Source of the DNA: Candidatus Omnitrophota bacterium
Lineage (GTDB): Bacteria; Omnitrophota; Gorgyraeia; Zapsychrales; JANLHA01
Assembly: GCA_040753435.1 (NCBI GenBank)
Contig: JBFMEN010000003.1
Span: 10,916-74,915 of the forward strand
Direction of reading: 5' to 3'
DNA: 64,000 nt
The notes beneath the pieces were generated by a model. That model saw only the letters and a program-made list of their open reading frames with translations. It was not told the origin of the DNA and made no database searches. A program made the translations under genes and the position numbers. Position 1 is the stretch's first letter. Each line of letters opens with the position of its first letter. Positions 1 to 8,406 of the stretch are shown piece after piece.

Positions 1-719
1 GTCCGCTCGAGCTCTCTGATGATGGAAGAAATATTTCTTGCGTTCGACTTGACTGGCGCGCAACATGTCTCGCAGCCGATACTTCTGTAACGCATACCGT
101 CTTTCGCAAAGTAAAGATCCGTGATCGGGATGTGTTCACGCTTGATATATTTCCAGATATCGATTTCCCTCCAACCTAAAAGCGGGTGGATGCGGATATG
201 ATGGTGTTCTTCCTGAAGGGCTGCCTGGTACAGGTCCCACATTTCAAGAGGCTGGCGCTGATAATCCCATTGAAGATTTTTATTCCGTGGAGAAAAGAAG
301 CGTTCCTTGGCGCGAATGCCATGCTCGTCCCTGCGGATTCCCAGGAATAAGGCCTCGAGCCGGTATTTTACCACGGCATCCTGGAGGGCCTGGGTCTTTA
401 AAAGATGACAACATTGGAATTTTTCCTGATCGGGATTAATACCCTGGCGCAACGCCGCTTCATTCCTGGCCACAATTAAATCAAGAGCCCATTCTTTTGC
501 ATATCTTTCCCTGAATTCATAGATTTCTCTAAATTTATAACCCGTATCGATGTGAAGGACCGGAAAAGGGAGCTTGCCGAAGAACGCCTTGCGGCACAGC
601 CACAACAGCGTCGATGAATCTTTCCCGATAGACCAGAGCAGGGCAGAATTGCGGAAACGGTTATAAGCTTCGCGGATAATATAGATTGAATTGTTTTCCA
701 GGGAATCAAGATGGTTCAT
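1..719 (-). CDS. cysD: Sulfate adenylyltransferase subunit 2 (runs off the window edge; missing from the ORF track)
   Basis: Manual translation from ATG at 719: MNHLDSLENNSIYIIREAY...LLWSIGKDSS...FPVLHIDTGYKF...LGIRRDEHGIRAKERFFS...HIRIHPLLGW...YRSIGC. These are the PP-loop SxGKDS and other CysD motifs. Confidence 0.9.
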   Translation of the reverse strand, partial: MNHLDSLENNSIYIIREAYNRFRNSALLWSIGKDSSTLLWLCRKAFFGKLPFPVLHIDTGYKFREIYEFRERYAKEWALDLIVARNEAALRQGINPDQEKFQCCHLLKTQALQDAVVKYRLEALFLGIRRDEHGIRAKERFFSPRNKNLQWDYQRQPLEMWDLYQAALQEEHHHIRIHPLLGWREIDIWKYIKREHIPITDLYFAKDGMRYRSIGCETCCAPVKSNARNISSIIRELER

Positions 720-837
720 AAAGTTATCTGAAGAAAGGGGTTTTAATTATCTTAATTATAGAAAAATAATCCGTCATTCCAATAAAAATTATCAGAATGA
801 CCAACGCCGGACTGGAGAGGAGAGAGTGAGGATTTTT

Positions 838-1038
838 TTATTCTAATGAAAAATTCATTTTGGGTGAGGATGAGATCATCTTTCTTGTGGCTTTTAACAG
901 ATCCTCATATTGAAAGGGCTTGGTGATAAATTCCGAAATGATGCAGTCCATGTGCTGATCCGCAAACATTTGTTCAATGAAAGGACTGCCGCTGATCACA
1001 ACGATTTTTGTTAAATATCGTTTATCGCTTTGTCCTGA
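838..1038 (-). pseudogene. Remnant of a response-regulator receiver domain (C-terminal half only)
   Basis: Start-less frame reads ...TKIVVISGSPFIEQMFADQHMDCIISEFITKPFQYEDLLKATRKMI..., matching REC beta4 and the F-I-x-K-P-F motif. An in-frame TGA lies just upstream and the phospho-Asp half is absent. Confidence 0.6.
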
Positions 1039-1122
1039 TCAAGAGCAAGAAAAGAAATAAAAAAAGACTGGTTGTTATTTAAAGAGGGCCAGCAGCTGTC
1101 TGCCAGCCCTTTCAAAAAATCC

Positions 1123-1560
1123 TTACTGACTGGTTGCTCCCGATTCAAACATTCCTCTATCAATAACTCCTTCATACTGCTGAAGATCGTTCAGGCTGGA
1201 TTCCGCCTGATCGCGTATGGACGTCCAATCCCCTTCATTGGCATCCTGAACCTGCCCGATTGTTTCTTCCATGGACTGCTGGGCCTGCTGCAGTTCATTG
1301 ACCCTTTGAGAATCATCCTGCTGCTGAGCCTGATCCATTTGCTGACTGATGTTGTCCTGGGTCTGGTTCAGTTTGTCGACTAGTTGATCTTTTTGATCAA
1401 AGCTATACTGATCAAGGGAAATATCCTGATCCGGAGACTGTTGCATTTGCATGTCCGGAGCTGCGGGAGATGCATCCTGCCCCATTCCTTGAGCAAATAC
1501 CGGGACGACCGCCAGACAGAGAACAGACACAGCCAATGTTAACAATTTAATCCACCTCAT
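1123..1560 (-). CDS. Secreted Gln/Asp-rich helical hypothetical protein
   Basis: Signal peptide ending VFA|Q; SD-like GGAGAG upstream on the minus strand; helical Gln-rich composition. Confidence 0.75.
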   Translation of the reverse strand: MRWIKLLTLAVSVLCLAVVPVFAQGMGQDASPAAPDMQMQQSPDQDISLDQYSFDQKDQLVDKLNQTQDNISQQMDQAQQQDDSQRVNELQQAQQSMEETIGQVQDANEGDWTSIRDQAESSLNDLQQYEGVIDRGMFESGATSQ

Positions 1561-1796
1561 AAAACTCTCCTTTTTTTCATGTTGAACGGATGTATTGCAC
1601 CATGTGATGTTATAAGGCAGACCCCTGTTTTTTAAAATAGGGCAGTTCTGTGTTTTTTAGACTTTATTCCTTAATGTCTTTATTGAAAAAAGTGGAATCA
1701 GGTTTGTTTTTTATGTGTGCAGCAGATAGACCGGGGTCAGCGTTCATTTAAAATATGCCAGGATAAATAGCCGGAAAAACAAAAAGGAGGAGCATA

Positions 1797-1955
1797 ATGT
1801 TAAGAATATTTATGGCAATGATGCTGGTCAGTATGACGTTGGTGTTGTCTGCCTGTGAAACAACGGAAGGGGTTGGTCAGGATATTGAAAACACGGGCGA
1901 AAATATAGGCGAAGGCGTTGAAGAAATGGGGGACGAAGCGGAGGATGAATATTAA
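1797..1955 (+). CDS. Entericidin A/B-family small lipoprotein (52 aa, below the ORF-track cutoff)
   Basis: MLRIFMAMMLVSMTLVLSACETTEGVGQDIENTGENIGEG...; lipobox LSAC, family motif C-x-T-x-x-G-x-G-x-D-I, strong SD AAGGAGG. Confidence 0.8.
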   Translation: MLRIFMAMMLVSMTLVLSACETTEGVGQDIENTGENIGEGVEEMGDEAEDEY

Positions 1956-2030
1956 TTAACGGAAAGACCGGGCGGGGATTTTGAAAGACAATTGTTTTTA
2001 TTGATCGGGCAAGACGTTTAAGGAGGGAAC

Positions 2031-2129
2031 ATGTCTGTTCTAATGATGATCCTCGCCATTTTTTTACCGCCGCTGGCAGCTCTTCTTCATGCTGGAAGGA
2101 ATTCCAGTCGCATCGACGCGTTGTGTTGA
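2031..2129 (+). pseudogene. Truncated Pmp3/YqaE-family small membrane protein
   Basis: SD AGGAGG, then MSVLMMILAIFLPPLAALLHAG (family motif ILAIxLPPL). Only 32 aa; the second helix is missing or degenerate. Confidence 0.55.
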
Positions 2130-2170
2130 GTAATAAAAGAGAATAAGAAAAGGAGCAGTAAATTTTCTGT

Positions 2171-2198
2171 TTGCCAATCAGATGTTCAAAGATATAAT
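2171..2198 (+). promoter_or_regulatory. Putative sigma70 promoter for the antiporter
   Basis: TTGCCA-16 nt-TATAAT upstream of the CDS. Confidence 0.5.
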
Positions 2199-2228
2199 AT
2201 CTGCGTATTTTAAAGTAAATGTTTCTTT

Positions 2229-3965
2229 TTGAAGAAAAGGCTGCCAGTGCAACATTATCTGAATGAACAAAATATTTTTATTTTTCTGGTTCAGGTTTTT
2301 CTTCTTTTAAGTACGGCCAGGATTTTGGGCGAGTTGTTCAGGATGGGGCGGCAACCCTCCCTGACGGCAGAGATTATCGTCGGTATTATCTTTGGTCCCA
2401 CGATTTTTGGACGCTTCTTGCCGGCCGTCCATCAAATGATTTTCCCCCCCGATATTATTCAGCAAAACATGCTTGAGACATTCTCCTGGCTTGGAGTTCT
2501 GTTCCTTCTGCTGGAGACGGGACTCGAAGTAGATTTCACGAATGCCTGGCGTCAGAAGGGGGATGCCCTTAAGATCGCTGTTGCGGATATTTTTATCCCG
2601 ATGGTCATTACGTTCGTCCCTGTCTTGTTTTTGCCGGATCATTTTCTCGTCAGTCCGGAGAAAAAAATTATTTTTTCCATTTTTATGGCAACGGTGATGA
2701 CGATCAGCGCAATGCCTGTTACGGCGAGGGTCCTGCATGATCTCCGGCTGTCCAAAACGGATCTCGGCTATTTGATCATGTCGGCCTTATCGGTTAACGA
2801 TATTATCGGGTGGCTGATTTTCACGATTGTACTAGGCGTTTTTATGCAGGCGAACTTCACATTTTCCGCGGTGTTTATGATCTTTTCGTTGACAATCCTT
2901 TTTACGATTTTCTGTCTGACCTTTGGTAAACGTTTTACGGAATATATCATTACAAATTTTCAGGAAAGGAAATTCCCTGAGCCGGCCTCGTCGTTCACAT
3001 TCATTTGTCTGCTGGGGTTTCTCTGCGGAGCGGTGACCCAGAAAACAGGGATTCATGCCCTGTTCGGTTTTTTTCTGGCAGGGGTAATGGCCGGCGGAGC
3101 GCGGGCGCTTCAGGAGAGGACTCGTCAGATTATTTCCCAGATGGTTTATGCGTTGTTTGTTCCGATCTTCTTCGTTAACATCGGACTGAAGATCGATTTC
3201 TTAGCCAATTTCAATTTGTTCCTGGCCTTGTCTTTGTCCGTTTTGGGGATCGCCGCCAGGTTTTTCGGGGCGTGGATTGGAGTCGGTTTAAGCAGGCAGG
3301 ATCCGGTCAACAGGCTCGCCATTTCTATTGCCCATATTCCCGGCGGTGTCATGGAAATCGTTATCAGTTTGATCGCCCTGGAATATAATTTGATCACGGA
3401 GCAGGTTTTTGTTGCCATTGTTTTTGGTGCCGTTGTTTCTTCAGTTGTTCTGGGACCGTGGTTGGGATACGCCATCAGGCGGCGCAAGAAAGTCAGCATC
3501 TTTGAGTATTTTTCGAAAAGATCGATCATCGCTGACTTGAGGACGCAATGGAGGGATGAGGCCATCAGGAAGCTGTGTCATGTGGTTTTTGAACAGGAAG
3601 ACGTCCCTGACGAGGACGCTATTTTCAATGCTGTGATGCAGCGCGAACAGGAGATGGGCACGGCAATCGAAGAAGGGATTGCAGTCCCGCATGTGAGACT
3701 GCCGTATATTGAAGAACCTGTAATTGCTTTCGGCCGGTCCCTTTCGGGGATCGAATGGAACTCTCCCGACGGGCAGCCCTCACGGTTTGTGTTCCTGATT
3801 TTGACACCAGTGAAGGACGACGTGCAGGTACAGATTTTATCTTTGATCTCGAAGACGTTAAGCAATAAAGGAGTCCGGGATCAGATTCTTCAGGCTCAAG
3901 ACAGCCAGCATATATGGAATGTGCTTGAACCGGCGTTTTCGCAGCAAGATTTGATTAAACGGTAG
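2229..3965 (+). CDS. CPA2-family cation:proton antiporter fused to a C-terminal PTS EIIA (Ntr/fructose-type) domain
   Basis: About 12-13 TM segments with Kef-type motifs (GIIFGPTIFG, SVNDIIGW, FVPIFF); C-terminal MGTAIEEGIAVPHVR...WNSPDG with the phospho-His. True start may be the GTG a few codons downstream. Confidence 0.85.
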   Translation: MKKRLPVQHYLNEQNIFIFLVQVFLLLSTARILGELFRMGRQPSLTAEIIVGIIFGPTIFGRFLPAVHQMIFPPDIIQQNMLETFSWLGVLFLLLETGLEVDFTNAWRQKGDALKIAVADIFIPMVITFVPVLFLPDHFLVSPEKKIIFSIFMATVMTISAMPVTARVLHDLRLSKTDLGYLIMSALSVNDIIGWLIFTIVLGVFMQANFTFSAVFMIFSLTILFTIFCLTFGKRFTEYIITNFQERKFPEPASSFTFICLLGFLCGAVTQKTGIHALFGFFLAGVMAGGARALQERTRQIISQMVYALFVPIFFVNIGLKIDFLANFNLFLALSLSVLGIAARFFGAWIGVGLSRQDPVNRLAISIAHIPGGVMEIVISLIALEYNLITEQVFVAIVFGAVVSSVVLGPWLGYAIRRRKKVSIFEYFSKRSIIADLRTQWRDEAIRKLCHVVFEQEDVPDEDAIFNAVMQREQEMGTAIEEGIAVPHVRLPYIEEPVIAFGRSLSGIEWNSPDGQPSRFVFLILTPVKDDVQVQILSLISKTLSNKGVRDQILQAQDSQHIWNVLEPAFSQQDLIKR

Positions 3966-3983
3966 ACGGAAAGCAAGAAGGCT

Positions 3984-4883
3984 GTGATGATGAAGGTGCG
4001 TCAGGAAGCGATTGAGGATAAAAATAAGCGGTTATTTGCCTTTGAACGGGAGCTGGACCAGATTTCCCTGTCTTTGCTGAATATGTTTGATGATCGCAGA
4101 CTCAAGCTGTTTTCAATCCCGCCACATAAACGAATTTTTCTTTTCTTTCTGACCCGCGCGTTGAAAACCCATCAAGCAATCAAAATTCTGTGCCGTGAAG
4201 GTTTCGGACAAGATGCAGCCGTTTTGTTGAGAAGTCTTCTCGAAAACCTGATCAGCTTTAGATATGTTCTTCATCATTCGGAAGAAGCCGATGCACTTGC
4301 AGCGCGGTTTGTAGCCTACAAATGGGTCATTTTTCATCGTCATTTATGGGAACAGGAACGCGAGGAAAGGGAGAAAGGAGATCGGGAATACCGGTTGTTT
4401 GTTCAACGAAAAGAATTGATCTTAAAGAACTTTGAAGAGTTTAAAACGAAGTATCATATAAATTCAGGGCGCGGTCTCCTGACCTGGTCCGGTCGTACTG
4501 TTAAAGATATGGCCGGTATTGTCAGTAAAGATTTATTGAAAGAATATGAATCAATGTTCAGGACGTGCTCAAAGTTTACCCATCCAAGCATAATCAGTGA
4601 CAAAGAATACATGGTTATCGACGATGAAGAGATCGTTTTTTCAGTATCGCCTTCATTGATCGGTGTTGAAATAATCCTTTCGAAAAATATAAGTTATACT
4701 TTCGATGTCCTGTCGATCTTTGCCGGACTTTTTCAATTGAAGTGCGATGTCGTACTGAATGCATTTGAACGAAAGTTTAAGGCTTATCAGGCATCATTAT
4801 CGACCTCCACTTCAGGTACAGGTGCCGGAGAAACGGCTGCATCGATTAATCGGGAAAGTATTATTGTGTTTGAGAAGAATTAA
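3984..4883 (+). CDS. DUF5677-like hypothetical protein
   Basis: Motifs 'DAAVLLRSLLENLI..RY' and 'Y...RTCSKFTHPS', recalled as typical of DUF5677. Confidence 0.55.
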   Translation: MMMKVRQEAIEDKNKRLFAFERELDQISLSLLNMFDDRRLKLFSIPPHKRIFLFFLTRALKTHQAIKILCREGFGQDAAVLLRSLLENLISFRYVLHHSEEADALAARFVAYKWVIFHRHLWEQEREEREKGDREYRLFVQRKELILKNFEEFKTKYHINSGRGLLTWSGRTVKDMAGIVSKDLLKEYESMFRTCSKFTHPSIISDKEYMVIDDEEIVFSVSPSLIGVEIILSKNISYTFDVLSIFAGLFQLKCDVVLNAFERKFKAYQASLSTSTSGTGAGETAASINRESIIVFEKN

Positions 4884-5107
4884 TCAGCCGGAATCCGCAA
4901 GTTTTTAATAAAACAAATAAACATAAAAAGTTTAATCGTTAAAAATATTTCAGAATGAAAAATTGTCATCAGGTTTCTTTAAACATGATGTCATTCCCGC
5001 TTATGTTGTTGTTTCCAATAAACATCCGGCTGAAGTTTTAAATACCGGCGGAGTTTTCGTTTAATATTAGTATTAAATAAAAGAAAGGCGGAAAGAGGAA
5101 ATTTTGA

Positions 5108-5124
5108 TTGGTATGCTTTTTGCT
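5108..5124 (+). promoter_or_regulatory. Putative sigma54 (-24/-12) promoter of the Fap-like operon
   Basis: TTGGTATGCTTTTTGCT: GG(5110-5111)-N10-GC(5122-5123), matching TGGCAC-N5-TTGC; AT-rich upstream DNA. Confidence 0.65.
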
Positions 5125-5225
5125 TAATTTCGATTGATAGTGAGGCGGCATTTTCGGTAAGGGGACCTTTTGATCTAAATGGTGTTACAGAGAACATCGG
5201 AATCAGGAAAAGGGAGTGAAGAATT

Positions 5226-5261
5226 AACCCGGACAGGAGTGCGCCAGTCCGGGTTTTTTTT
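5226..5261 (+). terminator. Intrinsic-terminator-like hairpin in the leader of the Fap-like operon
   Basis: AACCCGGAC-12 nt-GTCCGGGTT running into a T8 tract, about 165 nt before the first gene. Confidence 0.6.
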
Positions 5262-5425
5262 GAATTGTTTTTACAGCATAAATTGAGGCGATAAACGGAA
5301 GGGGGGTGGTGTCGATTATTGAACGGATGCAGGGAAAGAATCAAACAGTTTCAGGGATGGGTTAATGATGATTTTTTCATCGCCCATATAACAGTATTAA
5401 TGTGTTTTAACGCGAGGGCAAAACA

Positions 5426-8347
5426 ATGAAGAAACTATTAATTTTGATACTTGTGATGATCTTCTCCACACAATATTCTCCCGTGGTATGGGCTGATGTT
5501 GTCGCTTTGACAGATGCCCAGATGGACGAGATTGCTGCGGGGGATTGGGTTATCATCGCCCAGAATGAGGATGTTGTCGATGTATTTGACAACATCAACA
5601 GGCTTGAAGCGGGTGAATCATCACAGCAAGGGCTTAATGGCCTCAGTAACGTGAATGAGGTCAACAGCGCGACTGCCGTTCAGCAGAACGTTTCTGACTC
5701 CAACGAAGGGGTCATGGACATCACAACTCGCAATGAGGCCAGTGTCACGAATTATCAACCAAGAGATGAACTGACCGTGTCGGAGACGCGAACTATTTCA
5801 GCGAGCAGCGAGAATGAAGTCCAGCAAACACAAAGGGCAATTACTTCCGACTCATTGACCGCTTCTGATCGGACAACAGCAACGAATTCGGAAAGCGCCT
5901 CTTTGGAACAGCGGGCTTCAAGCTCATTGAGCACGCTTTCTGACCAGAGCGCGAATGCTTCAGTGAGTTTTGATCAGGACAGCTCTTTAGCGACTTCAAA
6001 CAATGCTTCGAGTGACGCAAGTTTGAGCGCGGTTGATAATTTTCATTTAGAAGATCATGCGGTGAATAATACTTCGGTATCCGCGGAAACCAGCGACGCT
6101 GCATCAAGCAGTGCGTCGTTGGACAGTAACGCTGCTGCGTCTGAAAGGCATACGACTGACCAAAATGCGAATCAGGCAGCTGATGCTTCTCTGGATACAA
6201 GTGCTGCGGCATCTGAAGATCACGCGACAGATCAGGCTGCGAATCAGTCTGCGTCGGCTTCTTTAGATACTAATGCTGCGGCATCTGAAGATCACACGAC
6301 AGATCAGGCTGCGAATCAGTCTGCGTCGGCTTCTTTAGATACGAATGCTGCGGCATCTGAAGATCACACGACAGATCAGGCAGCGAATCAGTCTGCGTCG
6401 GCTTCTTTAGATACGAATGCTGCGGCATCTGAAGATCACACGACAGATCAGGCTGCGAGTCAGTCCGCGTCGGCCTCTTTAGATACGAGTGCTGCGGCAT
6501 CTGAAGATCACACGACAGATCAGGCTGCGAGCCAGTCCGCGTCGGCCTCTTTAGATACGAGTGCTGCGGCATCTGAAGATCACACGACAGATCAGGCTGC
6601 GAATCAGTCTGCGTCGGCTTCTTTAGATACGAATGCTGCGGCATCTGAAGATCACACGACAGATCAGGCTGCCAGCCAGTCAGCTTCGGCAACTCTGGAC
6701 ACCAGTGCGGCTGCTTCGGAAGATCACACCGCGGATCAGACAGCCAGCCAATCGTCATTAACGGCAGTTGATGCCAGCGCTTCGGCTTCTGAAGACCATA
6801 CAACGGATCAGTCTGCTGACCAAAGCTCTGCCTCGACTGTTGATGCGAATCTTGCGGCTTCTGAATCATTTGCTGCCGAAACGGCATCAGATGCTTTTGA
6901 AGGCGATGGAGAAGTGGCATCAACCGCAGATTCGGTTAGTTTTTCTGGAACATATGAAGAGGATAACGGATCGATTGCCCTTGATGGCGATTATGCCGAA
7001 ACACATGCGACAACATCCGATACAAAAACTTATTCAACATCAAGCAGCAGTTCTACTTCTGATACCGCTGCTCTTGATGGTGCCTTGAGTACTGCAAACG
7101 ACAGTTCATCCTCCGCGGATGCATCGACATCGGATGCCGCTCAAGCTCAGGAATCATTAGCGGCTTCACAGGATCAGAATGCTTCGGCTTCGGCATCGAC
7201 AACTGATTCTGCAGCGGCCCAACAATCTCTGACTGCAGCAAGCGATCAGGATGCAGCTGCCCAGGCATCGACAACTGATTCTGCAGCGGCTCAGCAATCC
7301 TTGACTGCGGCAAGCGATCAGGATGCAGCTGCCCAGGCATCAACAACTGATTCTGCAGCGGCTCAGCAATCCTTGACTGCGGCAAGTGATCAGGATGCGG
7401 CGGCCCAGGCATCAACAACTGATTCTGCAGCGGCTCAGCAATCTTTGACTGCGGCAAGCGATCAGGATGCAGCGGCCCAGGCATCGACAACTGATTCGGC
7501 AGCAGCGGAGCAGGCTTTAAGCGCATCAAGCGATCAGGCGGCATCAGCTTCGGCAGCTACAACGGATTCAGCAGCGGCAGAGCAGGGGTTAAGCGCGTCA
7601 AGTGATCAGGCAGCTTCTGCTTCAGCGTCAACGACTGATTCGGCGGCGGCAGAGCAGGGGTTAAGCGCGTCAAGCGATCAGGCAGCTTCTGCTTCAGCGT
7701 CAACGACGGATTCTGCGGCAGCGGAACAGACGTTAAGCGCATCAAGCAGCAATAGCGCATCGGCTTCAGCTTCGACATTAGATGAAGCTGCAGCAAATCA
7801 GTCGCTGTCGACAACGGCTGATACAGCAGAAGATCATACGGCATCCGCCAATCAAGCCGTTGCCCAGAGCAGCGACCTGATCAATGATCATGATCAATCA
7901 GTGGATCAGGCCAGTGCGGATTCAGCCAGCAGTTCATTAGATGAAACGCTAACGGTATCTTTTGATCAGAACGCTTCACAGAATGACGTGGAAACTGTCG
8001 ATGCTGAGGAAGCAACAGAGGTTATTGCAGATTCAAGCAACGATGAGAGCCTTGACACCCAAAGCGATCTGAACACTGTCAGTGAAAGCACTAACGAAGC
8101 TTCTGTAACAACCACGGTAAGTGTCGTCACTTCTGACACGACAAATACAACCATTAATGAAAGCACCGGAAAGAGTGTCAGAAATGTGCTTGTTTTAAGC
8201 GGCGGGGCGCAAAGCGAGATGAACGTGATGAGTAATGTAAACGCCGTCAGTTCAGCCATTGCGGTTCAAACGAATGTTGCGAATGCTAACGGGATTAGCG
8301 GCAGCATCAGTCACACCAATGTGGCAAATGTTGTTAACGGTTTTTAA
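5426..8347 (+). CDS. Fap-like functional amyloid subunit (probably the major one) with a giant repetitive Ser/Ala/Thr/Asp linker
   Basis: Signal peptide (VWA|D) and LTDAQMDEIAAG motif. Two Asn/Gln-rich amyloid-type repeats (NRLEAGESSQQGLNGLSNVNEVNSATAVQQNV; NVLVLSGGAQSEMNVMSNVNAVSSAIAVQTNV). In an operon with a C39 peptidase and a FapF-like barrel. Confidence 0.75.
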   Translation: MKKLLILILVMIFSTQYSPVVWADVVALTDAQMDEIAAGDWVIIAQNEDVVDVFDNINRLEAGESSQQGLNGLSNVNEVNSATAVQQNVSDSNEGVMDITTRNEASVTNYQPRDELTVSETRTISASSENEVQQTQRAITSDSLTASDRTTATNSESASLEQRASSSLSTLSDQSANASVSFDQDSSLATSNNASSDASLSAVDNFHLEDHAVNNTSVSAETSDAASSSASLDSNAAASERHTTDQNANQAADASLDTSAAASEDHATDQAANQSASASLDTNAAASEDHTTDQAANQSASASLDTNAAASEDHTTDQAANQSASASLDTNAAASEDHTTDQAASQSASASLDTSAAASEDHTTDQAASQSASASLDTSAAASEDHTTDQAANQSASASLDTNAAASEDHTTDQAASQSASATLDTSAAASEDHTADQTASQSSLTAVDASASASEDHTTDQSADQSSASTVDANLAASESFAAETASDAFEGDGEVASTADSVSFSGTYEEDNGSIALDGDYAETHATTSDTKTYSTSSSSSTSDTAALDGALSTANDSSSSADASTSDAAQAQESLAASQDQNASASASTTDSAAAQQSLTAASDQDAAAQASTTDSAAAQQSLTAASDQDAAAQASTTDSAAAQQSLTAASDQDAAAQASTTDSAAAQQSLTAASDQDAAAQASTTDSAAAEQALSASSDQAASASAATTDSAAAEQGLSASSDQAASASASTTDSAAAEQGLSASSDQAASASASTTDSAAAEQTLSASSSNSASASASTLDEAAANQSLSTTADTAEDHTASANQAVAQSSDLINDHDQSVDQASADSASSSLDETLTVSFDQNASQNDVETVDAEEATEVIADSSNDESLDTQSDLNTVSESTNEASVTTTVSVVTSDTTNTTINESTGKSVRNVLVLSGGAQSEMNVMSNVNAVSSAIAVQTNVANANGISGSISHTNVANVVNGF
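6104..6895 (+). repeat. 72-bp (24-aa) tandem repeat, arm 1, about 11 units (SASASLDTNAAASEDHTTDQAANQ)
   Basis: Near-identical DNA units, e.g. at 6248, 6320 and 6392; outer units degenerate. Confidence 0.95.
7052..7843 (+). repeat. 72-bp (24-aa) tandem repeat, arm 2, about 11 units (STTDSAAAQQSLTAASDQDAAAQA)
   Basis: Directly visible; same period as arm 1 but a different sequence. Confidence 0.95.
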
Positions 8348-8352
8348 CGAGT

Positions 8353-8387
8353 GTTTTGGGGGAAGGAGACTTCCCCCAAAACTTTTT
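8353..8387 (+). terminator. Intra-operon stem-loop or terminator after the first Fap-like subunit
   Basis: Perfect 13-bp stem GTTTTGGGGGAAG-GAGA-CTTCCCCCAAAAC with a GNRA loop, followed by TTTTT. Confidence 0.8.
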
Positions 8388-8406
8388 AAAGAATGTAAGG
8401 TGAGCT

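Noticed and set aside
476-709. 77-aa minus-strand ORF in the track
   Set aside because: Wrong frame; the real gene here is cysD starting at 719.
6104-7843. 72-bp repeats as a possible CRISPR array
   Set aside because: Contiguous in-frame coding repeats with no unique spacers and no cas genes.
5841-7844. Repetitive antisense and alternate-frame ORFs over the large subunit
   Set aside because: Stop-free shadows of tandem repeats.
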